From positions 152 through 64,151 of the forward strand of contig JAJDOE010000014.1 in the NCBI GenBank assembly GCA_022340345.1: a stretch of 64,000 nt of DNA, given 5' to 3'. The notes under the pieces were generated by a model. It did not search any database. It was not told the DNA's origin and was given only the letters and a program-made list of their open reading frames with translations. How positions within the stretch are numbered: position 1 is the first letter of the stretch; each line of letters starts with the position of its first letter. Position numbers and translations under genes: made by a program. Positions 21,150-32,613 of this stretch are shown here, piece by piece. Source of the stretch: Gammaproteobacteria bacterium (GTDB taxonomy: Bacteria > Pseudomonadota > Gammaproteobacteria > HyVt-429).

Positions 21150-22664
21150 TCAGCGGTGGTTGGCTAATTCCGCGACATTCAGATCACGGAACAGATTCTG
21201 CTGGCGGGCCTCATCGCTGCGCATGCGTCGAAGGTTCTCGAGATACTCCGGGCTCACGTCGCCAGTGACGTACTCGCCATTGAAGCAGGAGGAATCGAAC
21301 TGCTGAATTTTCGGGTTTCCCTCGCTGGCCGCAGCGACCAGGTCGTGCAGGTCCTGGAAGATCAGGCGGTCGGCGCCGATCTCCGCACAGATCTCTTCGG
21401 TGGTGCGATTGCTGGCGACCAGTTCGTCTGCATTGGGCATGTCGATGCCGTAGACGTTGGGGTAACGAACCGGCGGCGCGGCGGAGGCGAAATACACTTT
21501 TCTCGCCCCGGCCTCGCGTGCCATCTGGATGATCTGCTTCGAGGTATTGCCACGCACGATGGAATCGTCCACCAGCAATACGTTCTTGCCCCGGAACTCC
21601 AGATCAATGGCGTTGAGTTTCTGGCGCACGCCTTTTTTGCGCTGCGCCTGGCCGGCCATGATGAAGGTGCGGCCCACGTACCGGTTCTTGATGAAACCTT
21701 CCCGGTAGGTCAGGCCAAGATCGTAGGCAAGCTGCAAGGCTGCGGTTCGGCTGGTATCGGGAATTGGGATTACCACATCGATGTCATTGTCCGGCATTTC
21801 CCGCGCGAGCTTGGCCGCCAGCCGCTCGCCCATCCGCAGCCGGGTTTTATGCACCGCGATGCCGTCGATCATGGAATCGGGGCGCGCCAGGTAGACAAAC
21901 TCGAAAATGCACGGGGCATAGTGGGGATCGCTGGCACACTGCTGCCGGTGGACGCGCCCTTCGAGATCAATAAATACGGCCTCCCCGGGACCAACGTCGC
22001 TGTGCAGCCGAAACCCGAGGACATCCAGGGCCACGCTCTCGGAAGCCACCATGTGCTCCGGTCCTTCCAGGGTTTCGCGACGGCCGTAGACCAGTGGCCG
22101 GATTCCCCAGGGATCGCGGAACGCCAGGATGCCAAAACCCACTACCATGGCTACCACCGCGTACGCGCCCTGGCAACGCTCATGCACGCGCCCCACGGCA
22201 CGGAAGATGTCGTCCGGCGTGAGACTCAGCCCCTCCGCGCTGGCCTTGAGTTCGTGTGCCAGCACGTTGAGGATGATCTCCGAGTCCGATTCGGTATTGA
22301 CGTGGCGCAGGTCGGCCCGGAACACGTCCTGCTTGAGCTGTTCCGCGTTGGTCAGGTTTCCGTTATGCGCCAGCGCCAGCCCGAAAGGCGAATTGACGTA
22401 GAAGGGTTGCGCCTCGGCCGCGGAATCACAGCCCGCGGTGGGATAGCGGCAATGGCCGATGCCCAGATTGCCACGCAGTTCCTGCATGTGGCCGCCGTTG
22501 AATACGTCGCGCACCAGCCCGCCGTCCTTGCGCAGGAAAACGCGCCGGCCGTCGCTGGTCAGGATGCCCGCCGCGTCCTGGCCACGATGCTGAAGCACCG
22601 TCAAACCGTCATAAATGGCCTGATTGACAGGGCTCTTGCCGAGGATTCCGATGATGCCGCACAT
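21150..22664 (-). CDS. purF: Amidophosphoribosyltransferase
   Basis: [34 protein letters not shown]… has the N-terminal Cys nucleophile; 504 aa. Confidence 0.97.
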   Translation of the reverse strand: MCGIIGILGKSPVNQAIYDGLTVLQHRGQDAAGILTSDGRRVFLRKDGGLVRDVFNGGHMQELRGNLGIGHCRYPTAGCDSAAEAQPFYVNSPFGLALAHNGNLTNAEQLKQDVFRADLRHVNTESDSEIILNVLAHELKASAEGLSLTPDDIFRAVGRVHERCQGAYAVVAMVVGFGILAFRDPWGIRPLVYGRRETLEGPEHMVASESVALDVLGFRLHSDVGPGEAVFIDLEGRVHRQQCASDPHYAPCIFEFVYLARPDSMIDGIAVHKTRLRMGERLAAKLAREMPDNDIDVVIPIPDTSRTAALQLAYDLGLTYREGFIKNRYVGRTFIMAGQAQRKKGVRQKLNAIDLEFRGKNVLLVDDSIVRGNTSKQIIQMAREAGARKVYFASAAPPVRYPNVYGIDMPNADELVASNRTTEEICAEIGADRLIFQDLHDLVAAASEGNPKIQQFDSSCFNGEYVTGDVSPEYLENLRRMRSDEARQQNLFRDLNVAELANHR

Positions 22665-22703
22665 ACGAGGTAGGGGCCGGAGAGCCTTCAGGAGGCGTGG
22701 AGT

Positions 22704-23195
22704 CTAGCCATAGCCCAGTCGGCGAGCAACTTCCGCGGGCAGCAGTTTGATCAACACGAACCCGGAGGCCTCGAAGTAGCCCATCAGCAGGGACTGCTTC
22801 CACCAGTTTTCCTGGGGTATGGCGGTCAGGTGCGCCAGCATGGCGACCACCGACAGCAGCACCGCACCGCGCAAGGTGCCGAAAATCAGCCCCAGCCCCC
22901 GGTCCGGCCCGGTGAGGCCGGCGCGCCGTACGCCCCGGTGCAGCAGGTTGCTGATCAGTGCCGCCACCAGCAGGCTGAGGATGAAAATTCCGGAAAAAGA
23001 GGCCACCTGGCGCAGCATGTCGTTTTCCACCAGGCCGGCGATGAACGGCGCAAATCGTGGCGCAAACACCCAGGCCAGCCAGAAGGCGCCGATCCAGGAG
23101 GCCAGCGACAGGGCCTCGCGCAGAAAACCACGCAGCAGCCCGATCAGCGCCGAAAGCAGGATCACGCCGCAGATCGCGACATCAAGAAAATTCAT
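22704..23195 (-). CDS. cvpA: Colicin V production membrane protein CvpA
   Basis: MNFLDVAICGVILLSALIGLLRGFLREALSLASWIGAFWLA…; cvpA-purF synteny. Confidence 0.9.
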   Translation of the reverse strand: MNFLDVAICGVILLSALIGLLRGFLREALSLASWIGAFWLAWVFAPRFAPFIAGLVENDMLRQVASFSGIFILSLLVAALISNLLHRGVRRAGLTGPDRGLGLIFGTLRGAVLLSVVAMLAHLTAIPQENWWKQSLLMGYFEASGFVLIKLLPAEVARRLGYG

Positions 23196-23201
23196 GGGAG
23201 C

Positions 23202-23843
23202 TTACTGGTCGGCCACGATCAGGCCTTCTTCTCCGGTCTCCTTGAGAATCCGGGCGCGCACCGTGATCGCCTCGTCACGGGTCGCGAAGGGTCCGACCCA
23301 CACCCGGGTCGCGGACTGGCCGCCGGTGTGGACTTCCCCGGACTTGGGCCCGAAGCCCTTCTGGCGCAGCAGAGACATGATCCGGCGGGCATTTTCCATC
23401 TTGGAGAAGGTGCCGATGCGGACCAGCCAGGCGTCACTGTCGGCGGCGCCGGACGCCGCCGGGGGCTCTGCCGGCGTACTGGCCACCGGTTCCGGCTTGC
23501 TCGCGGCTGGCGTTGATTCCGGCTTCGGCTTCGGCTCGCCACCGGCCGGGGCGGGTTCCGGTACGGGAACCGTTTGCGTTGCGCTGGCGGATGGCTCCGC
23601 TGCGGTGCCGGCGCCGGAAGCTTCCGGCTGTACCGGCGTGATCTTCGAGATGAATACCTTGTGTTGCTTTTCCGGAATCTCCATCGGCGGCGTGCCGGTG
23701 GGGCCGTTTTCCGGCGACTCCAGAATCATGGGCAAAAAGATGACCGCCAGCGCCACGAGCAGGATGGCGCCCATGATGCGATGCCTGGGGTTGTAATCGG
23801 CGCCGGCGGCAACCGGCGCCCGGCTCTGGTCCGGTTTATCCAT
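23202..23843 (-). CDS. dedD: SPOR-domain cell division protein DedD-like
   Basis: One TM helix, a Pro/Ala/Glu-rich linker, and C-terminal SPOR (WLVRIGTFSKMENARRIMSLLRQKGF…VWVGPFATRDEA). folC-dedD-cvpA-purF synteny. Confidence 0.8.
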   Translation of the reverse strand: MDKPDQSRAPVAAGADYNPRHRIMGAILLVALAVIFLPMILESPENGPTGTPPMEIPEKQHKVFISKITPVQPEASGAGTAAEPSASATQTVPVPEPAPAGGEPKPKPESTPAASKPEPVASTPAEPPAASGAADSDAWLVRIGTFSKMENARRIMSLLRQKGFGPKSGEVHTGGQSATRVWVGPFATRDEAITVRARILKETGEEGLIVADQ

Positions 23844-25107
23844 AGAGGCGGTCGAGATAACGCATTATAACACCGACAGTTTCGAATGACCCGAAAACGA
23901 CTACCCGATCAATGGCTTGCGCCGCGGTTCGCGCGGCCTCAAAAGCCTGTACCGGCGCGTTGAGCAGATGCGCCCGCGACGAAAGTCCAGCCGCTGCGAG
24001 CCACTCCTGCAACTGCTGGCGACTGGCTCCGCGGCTCGAGCCCAGCGGCGCCACGTACCAATGATCAATCGCGTCCTTCAGGATGCTCAGCATCCCCGCG
24101 CCGTCTTTGTCCCCCAGCGCCGAGAATACCGCCAGGGTCTGTCCCTGCACCGGATGGGCCGCAAGGCCTTCCGCCAAGGCGCGGGCCGCGTCCGGGTTGT
24201 GCGCGACGTCCAGGACGCACGCCGGCTGGCCCGGCAGTACCTGGAATCGTCCCGCCAGCCGCATCTTCAGCAGTCCCGGACGAATGGCGTTTCCGCCCGC
24301 CGGCAGCCGTTCCGCCAGTCGTGCCAGCACCGCAAGCGCACCGGCCGCGTTGTCCAGTTGCCGCGCACCGCGCAGGGCGGGCCAGGGCAACCCGCTGTAG
24401 GAATTTTGCCCCTCCCGCCAGTCCCAGCCCTGGCCCCGGACCCGGTAGTCGAAATCACGGCCCAGCACCGCCAGGGGTGCATCAATTTCTGCGGCCCGCG
24501 CCAGCAGGCTTGCCGGCGGCTCGCGGTCGGTACAAACCGCCGGTCGCCCGGCCCGCAGGATACCGGCCTTTTCTGCGCCAATTCGTTCCCGATCGTCGCC
24601 AAGCCACGCCTGGTGGTCCAGGCCCACCTGGGTCACCAGGGCCACATCCGGGTCGATGGTATTCACCGCGTCCAGTCGCCCCCCCAGGCCAACCTCCAGG
24701 ATCGCTACGTCCAGCCGCGCGTGGCAGAACAGCTCCGCAGCGGCCGCGGTGACGAACTCGAAATAGGTCAGCGCCTGGCGGCGGCGGACCTCCACGCGCG
24801 CGAAGGCCTCGCACAGGGCCGCATCGTCCACCTCCTGTCCATTGATGCGGATACGCTCGTTGAAGCGCAGCAGGTGTGGCGAGAAGTAGGCGCCGACCCG
24901 GTATCCCGCGGCCAGCCAGATGGACTCCAGCAACGCCACGGCCGACCCTTTTCCGTTGGTTCCGGCCACCAGCACCCGCGGGATGGCAAGCGCGTTGAAA
25001 TCCGCGGTCAGTTCCCGCACCCGCCCCAGATCGGAAAAATCCATCTCCCGGGGGTGCAGCGCCTCGATGTGCCGCAGCCAGCTGGCCAGGTCGAATGGGG
25101 CGCTCAA
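23836..25107 (-). CDS. folC: Bifunctional folylpolyglutamate synthase / dihydrofolate synthase
   Basis: …RVLVAGTNGKGSAVALLESIW… (P-loop) and a Mur-ligase fold; 423 aa. Confidence 0.92.
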   Translation of the reverse strand: MSAPFDLASWLRHIEALHPREMDFSDLGRVRELTADFNALAIPRVLVAGTNGKGSAVALLESIWLAAGYRVGAYFSPHLLRFNERIRINGQEVDDAALCEAFARVEVRRRQALTYFEFVTAAAAELFCHARLDVAILEVGLGGRLDAVNTIDPDVALVTQVGLDHQAWLGDDRERIGAEKAGILRAGRPAVCTDREPPASLLARAAEIDAPLAVLGRDFDYRVRGQGWDWREGQNSYSGLPWPALRGARQLDNAAGALAVLARLAERLPAGGNAIRPGLLKMRLAGRFQVLPGQPACVLDVAHNPDAARALAEGLAAHPVQGQTLAVFSALGDKDGAGMLSILKDAIDHWYVAPLGSSRGASRQQLQEWLAAAGLSSRAHLLNAPVQAFEAARTAAQAIDRVVVFGSFETVGVIMRYLDRLYG

Positions 25108-25283
25108 GCGGGCGCAGCGAGACGACGGCGGCTACACCGCGCGGGACCGGGAAGGCGATGCAACCGTACCCGCTCGCCATGGGTCCGCCGCGCGGGCAGC
25201 AGCGGGAGATTGGCCAGGTGCGAGGTGATCACGCGTGCGCGGGTGGTTGCTGCAGGACTGCCATCCGGCGCCGGTTGCCGGCT

Positions 25284-26138
25284 CTACTTGCCAAGCATCA
25301 TGCTGAGCAGGCTATGGATCCGGTCGCGCATGTCGCGCCGGTCGAGAATCATATCGATGGCGCCGTGTTCCAGCAGAAATTCGGACCGCTGAAATCCTTC
25401 CGGCAGGGTCTGGCGCACGGTCTGTTCGATTACCCGCGGGCCGGCAAATCCGATCAACGCGTTGGGTTCGCCGACATTGACATCACCCAGCATGCCCAGG
25501 CTGGCAGACACTCCACCGGTGGTGGGGTCCGTGAGCACCGAGACGTACGGCAGGCCCCGGTCGCTGAGGCGTCGCAAGGCGGCGCTGGTCTTGGCCATCT
25601 GCATCAGGGAAAACAACCCTTCCTGCATGCGCGCGCCACCACTGGCGCAGAAACAAACCAGCGGCAGATCCTGCTCCAGGCAACGTTCCACCCCCAGCAC
25701 AAAGCGCTCTCCCACCACCGAGCCCATGGAGCCACCCATGAAACCGAACTCGAAGGCGCAACTCACCAGCGGCAGCCCCTTGAGCGTTCCCTGCAGGACC
25801 ACCAGGGCATCCGGTTCGTCGGTCTTCTTCTGCGCATCGTGCAGGCGATCGCGATACTTGCGTTCATCGCGAAACTTGAGCACATCCACCGGCCGTAGCT
25901 GCACACCAATCTCCTGGCGCCCTTCCGGATCCAGGAAGCAATCCAGGCGTTTGCGCGCGCCGATTCGCATATGGTGATCGCACTTGGGACACACATCCAG
26001 ATTGCGTTCCAGTTCCGCTCGGTAGAGCACCGCGTTACAGGTCTTGCACTTGGTCCACAGCCCCTCCGGAACGCCGCGCTTCGTCGCGCTGGCGGAGGTT
26101 TTGATTTTCGGCGGCAGAAGTTTCTCGAACCAGTTCAT
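25284..26138 (-). CDS. accD: Acetyl-CoA carboxylase carboxyltransferase subunit beta
   Basis: Zn ribbon [26 protein letters not shown] and a CT domain; 284 aa. Confidence 0.95.
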   Translation of the reverse strand: MNWFEKLLPPKIKTSASATKRGVPEGLWTKCKTCNAVLYRAELERNLDVCPKCDHHMRIGARKRLDCFLDPEGRQEIGVQLRPVDVLKFRDERKYRDRLHDAQKKTDEPDALVVLQGTLKGLPLVSCAFEFGFMGGSMGSVVGERFVLGVERCLEQDLPLVCFCASGGARMQEGLFSLMQMAKTSAALRRLSDRGLPYVSVLTDPTTGGVSASLGMLGDVNVGEPNALIGFAGPRVIEQTVRQTLPEGFQRSEFLLEHGAIDMILDRRDMRDRIHSLLSMMLGK

Positions 26139-26965
26139 GCCGTGGATACCTTTGGTGCCGTGGCGCCGTCAATCGCATGCCGAAGCCCGGCAACAAATTC
26201 CCGCAGGATCTCGCGCAGCTCTTCCGGGCGGTCCCCGTATTCCTCGATGCGGTTGACGATAGCGCTGCCCACAATGACCGCGTCCGCAATCGGCGCCACC
26301 TGCGCAGCCGACTCGGCGTCGTTGATTCCGAAACCCACGCCCACCGGTTTGTCGGTGTGGCGGCGAACCACCGCAAGCCGTTGCGCGACTTCCGTAACGT
26401 CCAGGTTCGCTGCACCGGTGACACCACGCAGGCTGACGTAGTACACAAAACCCTGACTGGCATCGCAAATTCGCGCAATACGCTCTTCGGTGGTGGTCGG
26501 CGCGAGCAGGAATACCGGGTCCAGACCATACTCGCCCAGCACCCGCCGGTATTCATCCGCCTCTTCCGGGGGAATGTCCACGGTAATCACGCCGTCCACC
26601 CCCGCTTCGGAGGCGGCCTGGGCGAAGCGTGCGTAGCCAAATACCTCCAGCGGGTTGAGGTAGCCCATGAGCACCACCGGCGTATCTCCGTCGGCGCGTC
26701 GGAAATCCGCCACCAGAGCGAGCACGTCCGCAAGGGTTATGCCGTGTTTCAGGGCACGCTCACAGGCCCGCTGGATGGGCGGACCCTCCGCCATCGGGTC
26801 GGAGAACGGAACGCCCAGCTCCAGGACGTCCGCGCCGCCGGCCACCAGCGCGTGCATCAGCGCCACCGTCTCTTCCGGCTTCGGATCACCCGCGGTCAGG
26901 AAGGGAATCAGCGCCACCCGGCCATGGGCGCGCAGCGCGTCGAACCGATGTTGCAACCGGCTCAA
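26135..26965 (-). CDS. trpA: Tryptophan synthase alpha chain
   Basis: …[11 protein letters not shown]…[18 protein letters not shown]…; overlaps accD by 4 nt. Confidence 0.95.
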   Translation of the reverse strand: MSRLQHRFDALRAHGRVALIPFLTAGDPKPEETVALMHALVAGGADVLELGVPFSDPMAEGPPIQRACERALKHGITLADVLALVADFRRADGDTPVVLMGYLNPLEVFGYARFAQAASEAGVDGVITVDIPPEEADEYRRVLGEYGLDPVFLLAPTTTEERIARICDASQGFVYYVSLRGVTGAANLDVTEVAQRLAVVRRHTDKPVGVGFGINDAESAAQVAPIADAVIVGSAIVNRIEEYGDRPEELREILREFVAGLRHAIDGATAPKVSTA

Positions 26966-28170
26966 ATTTCGATACCTTCGAGCTCGGCCACGGTGTGCAC
27001 GTCCTTGTCTCCGCGCCCGGAAAGGTTGGCGATGATTACGCCGTCGGGACCCAGCTCCCGCGCAAGCCGCGTAGCGTAGGCCAGCGCGTGGGCGCTCTCC
27101 AGGGCCGGCAGGATGCCCTCCACGCGGGTCAGTTCATGAAAGGCCTCCAGGGCCTCCTTGTCATCCACCGCAACGTACTCCGCGCGGCCGCTTTCTTTGA
27201 GCCAGGCATGCTCCGGTCCGACCCCGGGGTAGTCCAGCCCCGCGGAAATCGAGTGCGTTTCGCGGATCTGCCCCCCCGCGTCCTCGATCAGGAAAGTGCG
27301 ATTGCCATGCAGCACACCCACCTGCCCTGCACACAGGGAAGCCGCATGGCGATCCGTATCGAGTCCGTCGCCGGCGGCCTCCACCCCGACCATGCGCACG
27401 CCGGTATCCTCGATGAAGGGATGAAATAGCCCGATGGCGTTGGAACCTCCTCCGACGCAGGCTACCAGCGCGTCCGGCAGTCGGCCCTCCTGGGCGAGCA
27501 CCTGGGCGCGGGCCTCCCGACCGAGAACCGCCTGGAATTCACGCACCATCATCGGGTAGGGGTGCGGACCGGCCACCGTACCAATGATGTAAAAGGTATC
27601 GTCCACGTTCGTCACCCAGTCCCGCAGCGCTTCGTTGAGGGCGTCCTTGAGGGTGCGGGACCCGGAAGTGACCGGCACCACCGTGGCGCCGAGCAGGCGC
27701 ATGCGATAGACGTTGATTGCCTGGCGGCGAATGTCCTCGCTACCCATGTAGACCACGCACTCCATACCCAGGCGCGCGGCCACCGTCGCCGTGGCAACAC
27801 CGTGCTGTCCGGCGCCGGTTTCCGCGATTACCCGTCGCTTGCCCAGCCGCTGGGCTAGCAGTGCCTGACCAACCGTATTGTTTATTTTGTGGGCGCCGGT
27901 GTGATTCAGGTCCTCGCGCTTGAGGTAAATTCGCGCACCGCCATGGCGGGCCGTGAGACGCGCCGCCAGGTACAGGGGCGACGGCCGCCCCACATACTGG
28001 CGAAGGTCCTCGTCCAGTTCCGCCTGGAAGGTGGCATCAGGGAGGTACCGCTCGCAGGCCTCACGCAACTCGGCCAGCGGCCGCATCAGGGTTTCGGCAA
28101 CGAAGGTGCCGCCGAAAATGCCAAAATGCCCCGCCGAATCCGGCAGCATCCTGGATTTCAGATTGCTCAT
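26962..28170 (-). CDS. trpB: Tryptophan synthase beta chain
   Basis: …[16 protein letters not shown]… is the PLP-Lys motif; overlaps trpA by 4 nt. Confidence 0.97.
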   Translation of the reverse strand: MSNLKSRMLPDSAGHFGIFGGTFVAETLMRPLAELREACERYLPDATFQAELDEDLRQYVGRPSPLYLAARLTARHGGARIYLKREDLNHTGAHKINNTVGQALLAQRLGKRRVIAETGAGQHGVATATVAARLGMECVVYMGSEDIRRQAINVYRMRLLGATVVPVTSGSRTLKDALNEALRDWVTNVDDTFYIIGTVAGPHPYPMMVREFQAVLGREARAQVLAQEGRLPDALVACVGGGSNAIGLFHPFIEDTGVRMVGVEAAGDGLDTDRHAASLCAGQVGVLHGNRTFLIEDAGGQIRETHSISAGLDYPGVGPEHAWLKESGRAEYVAVDDKEALEAFHELTRVEGILPALESAHALAYATRLARELGPDGVIIANLSGRGDKDVHTVAELEGIEI

Positions 28171-28793
28171 GTATCGTCCAGCGCCTGGCGTGCCTGCGCA
28201 ATGAAAGCGGCCATCATATCCGCATCCTTACGGCCGCGCACTTTCTCCACCCCGCTGCTGACGTCCACCGCGTCCGGACGCACCTGGCGAACCGCTTGCG
28301 CTACATTCTCCGGGCGAAGTCCGCCAGCCAGCACCAGCGGCCGGTCCCGGTGGGCCGGAACGCAGTTCCAGTCGAAAGCTTCGCCACTGCCACCGCTGCC
28401 GCTATCGAGCAGAATCGCGGCCGCGTCCGGATAGCCGGCGGCACCGGCCGCCACCGCCGATTCATCCATGCCGGCCGTGACCGCCACGGCCTTGATATAG
28501 GGCAAACCGAACTTGCGGCAATAATCACCACTCTCGCTACCATGAAACTGCAGGTAATGGGGACGGAGCTCGGTGATCACTTCGCGCACGTGATCCGGAT
28601 CGGCATCCACAAACAGGCCGACCACGGAGACGAAGGGCGGCAACGCCGCCACGATCGCCAGGCCCTGGCGGATGTCCACCGCGCGTGGGCTGTCGCGGTG
28701 AAATACCAGTCCGATCGCGTCGGCCCCCGCGGCTGCCGCCGCCCGCGCGTCTTCAACGCGGGCGATGCCGCAAATCTTGATCCGCAGAGTCAT
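28167..28793 (-). CDS. trpF: N-(5'-phosphoribosyl)anthranilate isomerase
   Basis: [31 protein letters not shown]…; 208 aa. Confidence 0.92.
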   Translation of the reverse strand: MTLRIKICGIARVEDARAAAAAGADAIGLVFHRDSPRAVDIRQGLAIVAALPPFVSVVGLFVDADPDHVREVITELRPHYLQFHGSESGDYCRKFGLPYIKAVAVTAGMDESAVAAGAAGYPDAAAILLDSGSGGSGEAFDWNCVPAHRDRPLVLAGGLRPENVAQAVRQVRPDAVDVSSGVEKVRGRKDADMMAAFIAQARQALDDT

Positions 28794-29578
28794 GCCGGCT
28801 CCGGCATCGGCAAATGCATTTCCGGCTCCGGGAGTCCAAACTGCGGCGGGTACCGTACGCCCAACAGGTACAAGCCCTGTGGGGTTGCAGTCACGCCACC
28901 CCGGGTGCGGTCGCGGGTCGCTAGCACTTCTGCCACCCAGCCTGGAGCGGCCTCCCCGGAGCCAACCTGCATCAGCACACCGGCAATGTTTCTCACCATG
29001 TGCTGCAGGAAGGCATTTGCCTGCACCTCGATGAACACGAAACGATCTTCCCGCCAGACATGGATACGTTCAATGGTGCGAATCGCGGTTTTTGCCTGGC
29101 ATCCGGCGGCCCGAAAGGCGCTGAAGTCCTGTTCGCCCAGCAGGCACAGGGCCGCATTCCGCATGCGCTCCGCGTCCAGCGGCCGGTGCTCCCAGCTGAC
29201 TCGTCCACGCAAAAACGTGGGCCGCTGCTTGCGGTTGAATATAACGTAGCGATAGGTGCGGGCCAGCGCGGAAAAGCGTGCATGAAAATCCGGCGCCACT
29301 TCCCGCGCCCACAGCGGCGACACGTCGGCCGGCAGATGGGTGGCGGTGCCACGCACCCAGGCCTGCCGGGGTCGTTGCGCCTGGGTATCGAAATGCACCA
29401 CCTGGGCACAGGCATGCACGCCGGCATCGGTGCGGCCGGCAGTGACCACCCGCAGCGGGTGATCAGCGACCTGGGCAAGGGCCTGTTCGAGACAGTCCTG
29501 AACGGTGCGGGTGCCAACCTGGCTTTGCCAGCCGGAAAACGCCGCGCCGTCGTACTCGACACCGAGGGCGACACGCAT
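28790..29578 (-). CDS. truA: tRNA pseudouridine(38-40) synthase
   Basis: MRVALGVEYDGAAFSGWQSQ…TAGRTDAGVHA… is the catalytic Asp motif. Confidence 0.95.
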   Translation of the reverse strand: MRVALGVEYDGAAFSGWQSQVGTRTVQDCLEQALAQVADHPLRVVTAGRTDAGVHACAQVVHFDTQAQRPRQAWVRGTATHLPADVSPLWAREVAPDFHARFSALARTYRYVIFNRKQRPTFLRGRVSWEHRPLDAERMRNAALCLLGEQDFSAFRAAGCQAKTAIRTIERIHVWREDRFVFIEVQANAFLQHMVRNIAGVLMQVGSGEAAPGWVAEVLATRDRTRGGVTATPQGLYLLGVRYPPQFGLPEPEMHLPMPEPA

Positions 29579-29601
29579 GAGGCGCGTTCAGCAGGCGGCG
29601 C

Positions 29602-32526
29602 TCAGCCGCCGGAGCCAAGCTGGCTAACCAGCTCCTGCGCCTGGCGGCGCTGGGTCTCGTTGCCCTCCGAAAGGACTTCCTCGAGGATGTTGCGGGCTCC
29701 GGACTCGTCGCCCATATCGATATAGGCCTTGGCCAGATCCAGCTTGGTTGCGGTTTCATCCCAGTCCGCTGCCTCGCCCCCGGAGGGGGTCGGTTCGTCG
29801 CCGGTTTCCGACTCGGAAGGCTGCGGCTCGCTGGCGCCGAAGGTGGGAGCGGACAGCCCGCCCAGGGTGTCCACATCGAATTCCACGGTACCGGCGTCCC
29901 CGATACCGTCGTCCGCAGGGCTGCTTCCCGTATCCGCAATGTCCAGGTCATCCAGATCCCCCGCGGCGAGATTCCCCAGCGCTTCCAGGTCGCCGGTATC
30001 GGCCAGGTCCAGCTTGAACTCCTGCATGCCGGGATCCGTGTCGTCTTTGGCATCCGGCATCGACAACGTCTCGTCGGGCTGCAGGGTGGACTCAAAATCG
30101 ACCCCGTCGCCGGCGTTCGAATCCGTGGCGCGGTCCAGTGGCCCGGGGTCACCCGCGTCGCTGAGCGGTGAGGTCTCGTCCATCTCCAGCGGTGCCTGGG
30201 GAGCCATCAGGTCGTCGGTACTGAACTTCGCGGTGGGTTCATAGTCCAGGCCAGCGTCCCCGTCATCCGATGCCAGTGGCGCGTCGTCCAGGTCCAGGTC
30301 CATGTCCAGATCCAGCCCGTGCTGCGGCTCGGGGACCGGGAAGGGTTCCAGTTCATTGGCGTCCGGTTCCGCCCCGGTGTTCGCGGCTTCAACTCCCAGC
30401 GGCAGCGCGGCGGTCTTGAACAGCGGGTTCCCCGGGCTCAGGCGGGTGCCCATGGCCACCACCTTGGCCCAGGTATCCGTGCTCTGTCCGTCCGCCGGAT
30501 ACATTTCTTCCGCCAGGGTCTCGAAGGCCTTCAGGTCCTTGCGCTGCTCGTACAACTCCAGCAACTTGAGCTTGAGTTCCGCGCGTTCCGGGTCCCGGCC
30601 GATGGCCTCGCGCAGCACCTCCTCTGCTTGTTCGCTGCGACCGTAAGCGAGGTAGACCTCCGCCTCGGCGATCGGGTCCACCTCGTCAGCGTGCATGCTG
30701 CCCATTCCCGGGACGCCAAAATCGCTCAGGAACGAGGTGTCGCTGCCACCGGACTGAGGCGCGGAATCCATGGTATCGGACGCACCGTCCAGGGCGCTGC
30801 CGGAGAGAATGCTTTCCTCGAACTCGGCGATCGAACGCCGGCGGCGGACAAACCACAGCGCCACCAGCAACAATGCCACCAGCACCCCGGCAATGATCCC
30901 GTACAGGCGGATGTCTCCGAAGGAAAACAGATCATCGAAAAATCCGGCCTCGGACTTCACCCGACGACTGACTCGCTGGGTGGTTGCCGGCTCGGCCGGC
31001 TCGGCAACGGGTTTCGCGGATTCGGCGATGGTTGGGCTTTGCCTTTCGGGCTGCCTTGCCGGCGGTTGCGGCGGTGCCGCGAGCTGCGGTTCGGGTGCGG
31101 GCTGGGGGGCCGGTTCCGTCACCGGCTGGGTGGCCACTTCGGGCTCCACCACCGGCTGGGTGGCCACTTCGGGCTCCACCACCGGCTGTGTGGCCACTTC
31201 GGGCTCCGCCGCCGCCTGGGGCTGCTGATTGTCCGCCGCGGCCTGCTGGGCCTGTGCCAGCGACTGGCTCTCGATCTCCAGCAGGCGGGTTGCGTTGGCT
31301 ACCTGGCCCTCGAGCATCCGCAGGCGTTCCTGCAACTCCTGGTTGGATTGCTCCTCCGCGACCAGGGCCTCCTCCAGGGTGCTGATCTGGCTACGCAGGG
31401 CGTCCCGCTCGGCTGTGCCCTGGGCTGTGGCGGACCCGGCCGCGGCGGACTTGTCCGCGTCCAGGGTCGCCTGCACGATCTTGAGCAGGTCCACATTCTC
31501 GCTTTCCGCCTTCGGCTCCGGGCTCGCGGCTACCTCGGCCGCCTGCTCCGGCACAGATTGCTGCGACGGACGCGCCGTGGCGGCATCCGCGGCGCTCCTG
31601 TCCGCCTGATCCTCGATGGCACGCAAGACCGGCGCGGTTTCCGGCGCACGCGCCACCAGCGGCGCGCTGCCGGCGATCCGCTGCTTGTATACCTGCCAGG
31701 CATCCAGGTGTTCAGCGTACATATTCAAAGCCTGCTGGCGCGGAATCGCGCGCACCTGTTCCACGCCCGGAATGCGCAGAACCTTGCCCTTGCGCAGCAG
31801 GTTGATGTTGTCGTTGATAAAGGCGTCCCGGTTCTCCTGGAACAGAGCGATCATGATGCGGAACTCGCTCACCCCCATGCCCGGCCTGAGCTGCTCGGCG
31901 ATACCCCACAGGGTTTCGCCGGAGCGCACCGGACCGTAGTCGCTGCCGGAAAATCCACTGCCGGGCATTTCGCCGCTGGCCGCAATCCCCGGTGGTCCCA
32001 GCCGGCCGCTGCTACTGCTGCTCGCTACCGGGCTCAGGGGCCGGGGCGCAGGAATGGATTGCATTCGAGGCGGGCTGACCGGGGCGGCGGCGATCTCCGT
32101 ATTGCCGCCGCGGGCGTAGACCGGGGGATCCAGCAGGGCCGTGTATTCCCGCACCAGCCGGCCGCCACTCCAGTCCAGCTGGACCAGGAAATGCAGGAAG
32201 GGTTCGCGTACCGGCCCTTCGGTGCGTACCTCGATGGTGCTGACGTCGCCGGCGCCGGGACGTACCCGGAATCGCAGATCGTTGAGATGGACCGGCCGCT
32301 CGATTCCGGCATCCGTGAAAGCCTCGCGCGGCGCCAGGCGAACCTTCAGACTGGCTCGCTCCTCCTCGCCCAGGCCCACCAGTTCGATGCGTGCTTCGAG
32401 AGGTTCGTCCAGGTACGAGTCGAGACTCAGCTGGCCAAGACCCAGGGCAAAGCCGGGTAGCGGCGCCAGCAGCGCCAGGCTCAGAAGCGACGCGGCAAGG
32501 CGTCTTGATTTGCGTTGTGTGGACAT
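29602..32526 (-). CDS. fimV: FimV-like motility hub / peptidoglycan-binding protein
   Basis: Signal peptide; periplasmic LysM (SGETLWGIAEQL…RIMIALFQENRDAF); coiled coil; Pro/Glu repeats (PEVATQPVVE x3); one TM; acidic cytoplasmic region and C-terminal FimV TPR motif (AKAYIDMGDESGARNILEEVL). asd-fimV-truA synteny. Confidence 0.88.
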   Translation of the reverse strand: MSTQRKSRRLAASLLSLALLAPLPGFALGLGQLSLDSYLDEPLEARIELVGLGEEERASLKVRLAPREAFTDAGIERPVHLNDLRFRVRPGAGDVSTIEVRTEGPVREPFLHFLVQLDWSGGRLVREYTALLDPPVYARGGNTEIAAAPVSPPRMQSIPAPRPLSPVASSSSSGRLGPPGIAASGEMPGSGFSGSDYGPVRSGETLWGIAEQLRPGMGVSEFRIMIALFQENRDAFINDNINLLRKGKVLRIPGVEQVRAIPRQQALNMYAEHLDAWQVYKQRIAGSAPLVARAPETAPVLRAIEDQADRSAADAATARPSQQSVPEQAAEVAASPEPKAESENVDLLKIVQATLDADKSAAAGSATAQGTAERDALRSQISTLEEALVAEEQSNQELQERLRMLEGQVANATRLLEIESQSLAQAQQAAADNQQPQAAAEPEVATQPVVEPEVATQPVVEPEVATQPVTEPAPQPAPEPQLAAPPQPPARQPERQSPTIAESAKPVAEPAEPATTQRVSRRVKSEAGFFDDLFSFGDIRLYGIIAGVLVALLLVALWFVRRRRSIAEFEESILSGSALDGASDTMDSAPQSGGSDTSFLSDFGVPGMGSMHADEVDPIAEAEVYLAYGRSEQAEEVLREAIGRDPERAELKLKLLELYEQRKDLKAFETLAEEMYPADGQSTDTWAKVVAMGTRLSPGNPLFKTAALPLGVEAANTGAEPDANELEPFPVPEPQHGLDLDMDLDLDDAPLASDDGDAGLDYEPTAKFSTDDLMAPQAPLEMDETSPLSDAGDPGPLDRATDSNAGDGVDFESTLQPDETLSMPDAKDDTDPGMQEFKLDLADTGDLEALGNLAAGDLDDLDIADTGSSPADDGIGDAGTVEFDVDTLGGLSAPTFGASEPQPSESETGDEPTPSGGEAADWDETATKLDLAKAYIDMGDESGARNILEEVLSEGNETQRRQAQELVSQLGSGG
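31121..31210. repeat. Three tandem 30-bp repeats (ACCGGCTGGGTGGCCACTTCGGGCTCCACC) inside fimV, encoding PEVATQPVVE repeats
   Basis: Direct tandem copies at 31121, 31151 and 31181, with two substitutions in copy 3. Confidence 0.85.
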
Positions 32527-32563
32527 GGCCGAATGGGCAAAAAAGACTTTTCTAATAGTCAGT

Positions 32564-32592
32564 TATAGCCCGCTATTATGAACACCCTTTAC
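32564..32592 (-). promoter_or_regulatory. Candidate sigma70 promoter for fimV (TTGAAT-N17-ATAATA on the minus strand)
   Basis: AT-rich 87-bp asd-fimV intergenic region; the -10 element lies about 38 nt upstream of the fimV ATG. Confidence 0.35.
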
Positions 32593-32613
32593 CATAATTC
32601 AATAACTACCCGA

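Noticed and set aside
30319-32460. 713-aa plus-strand ORF
   Set aside because: Antisense to fimV; Arg/Gly-rich artefact.
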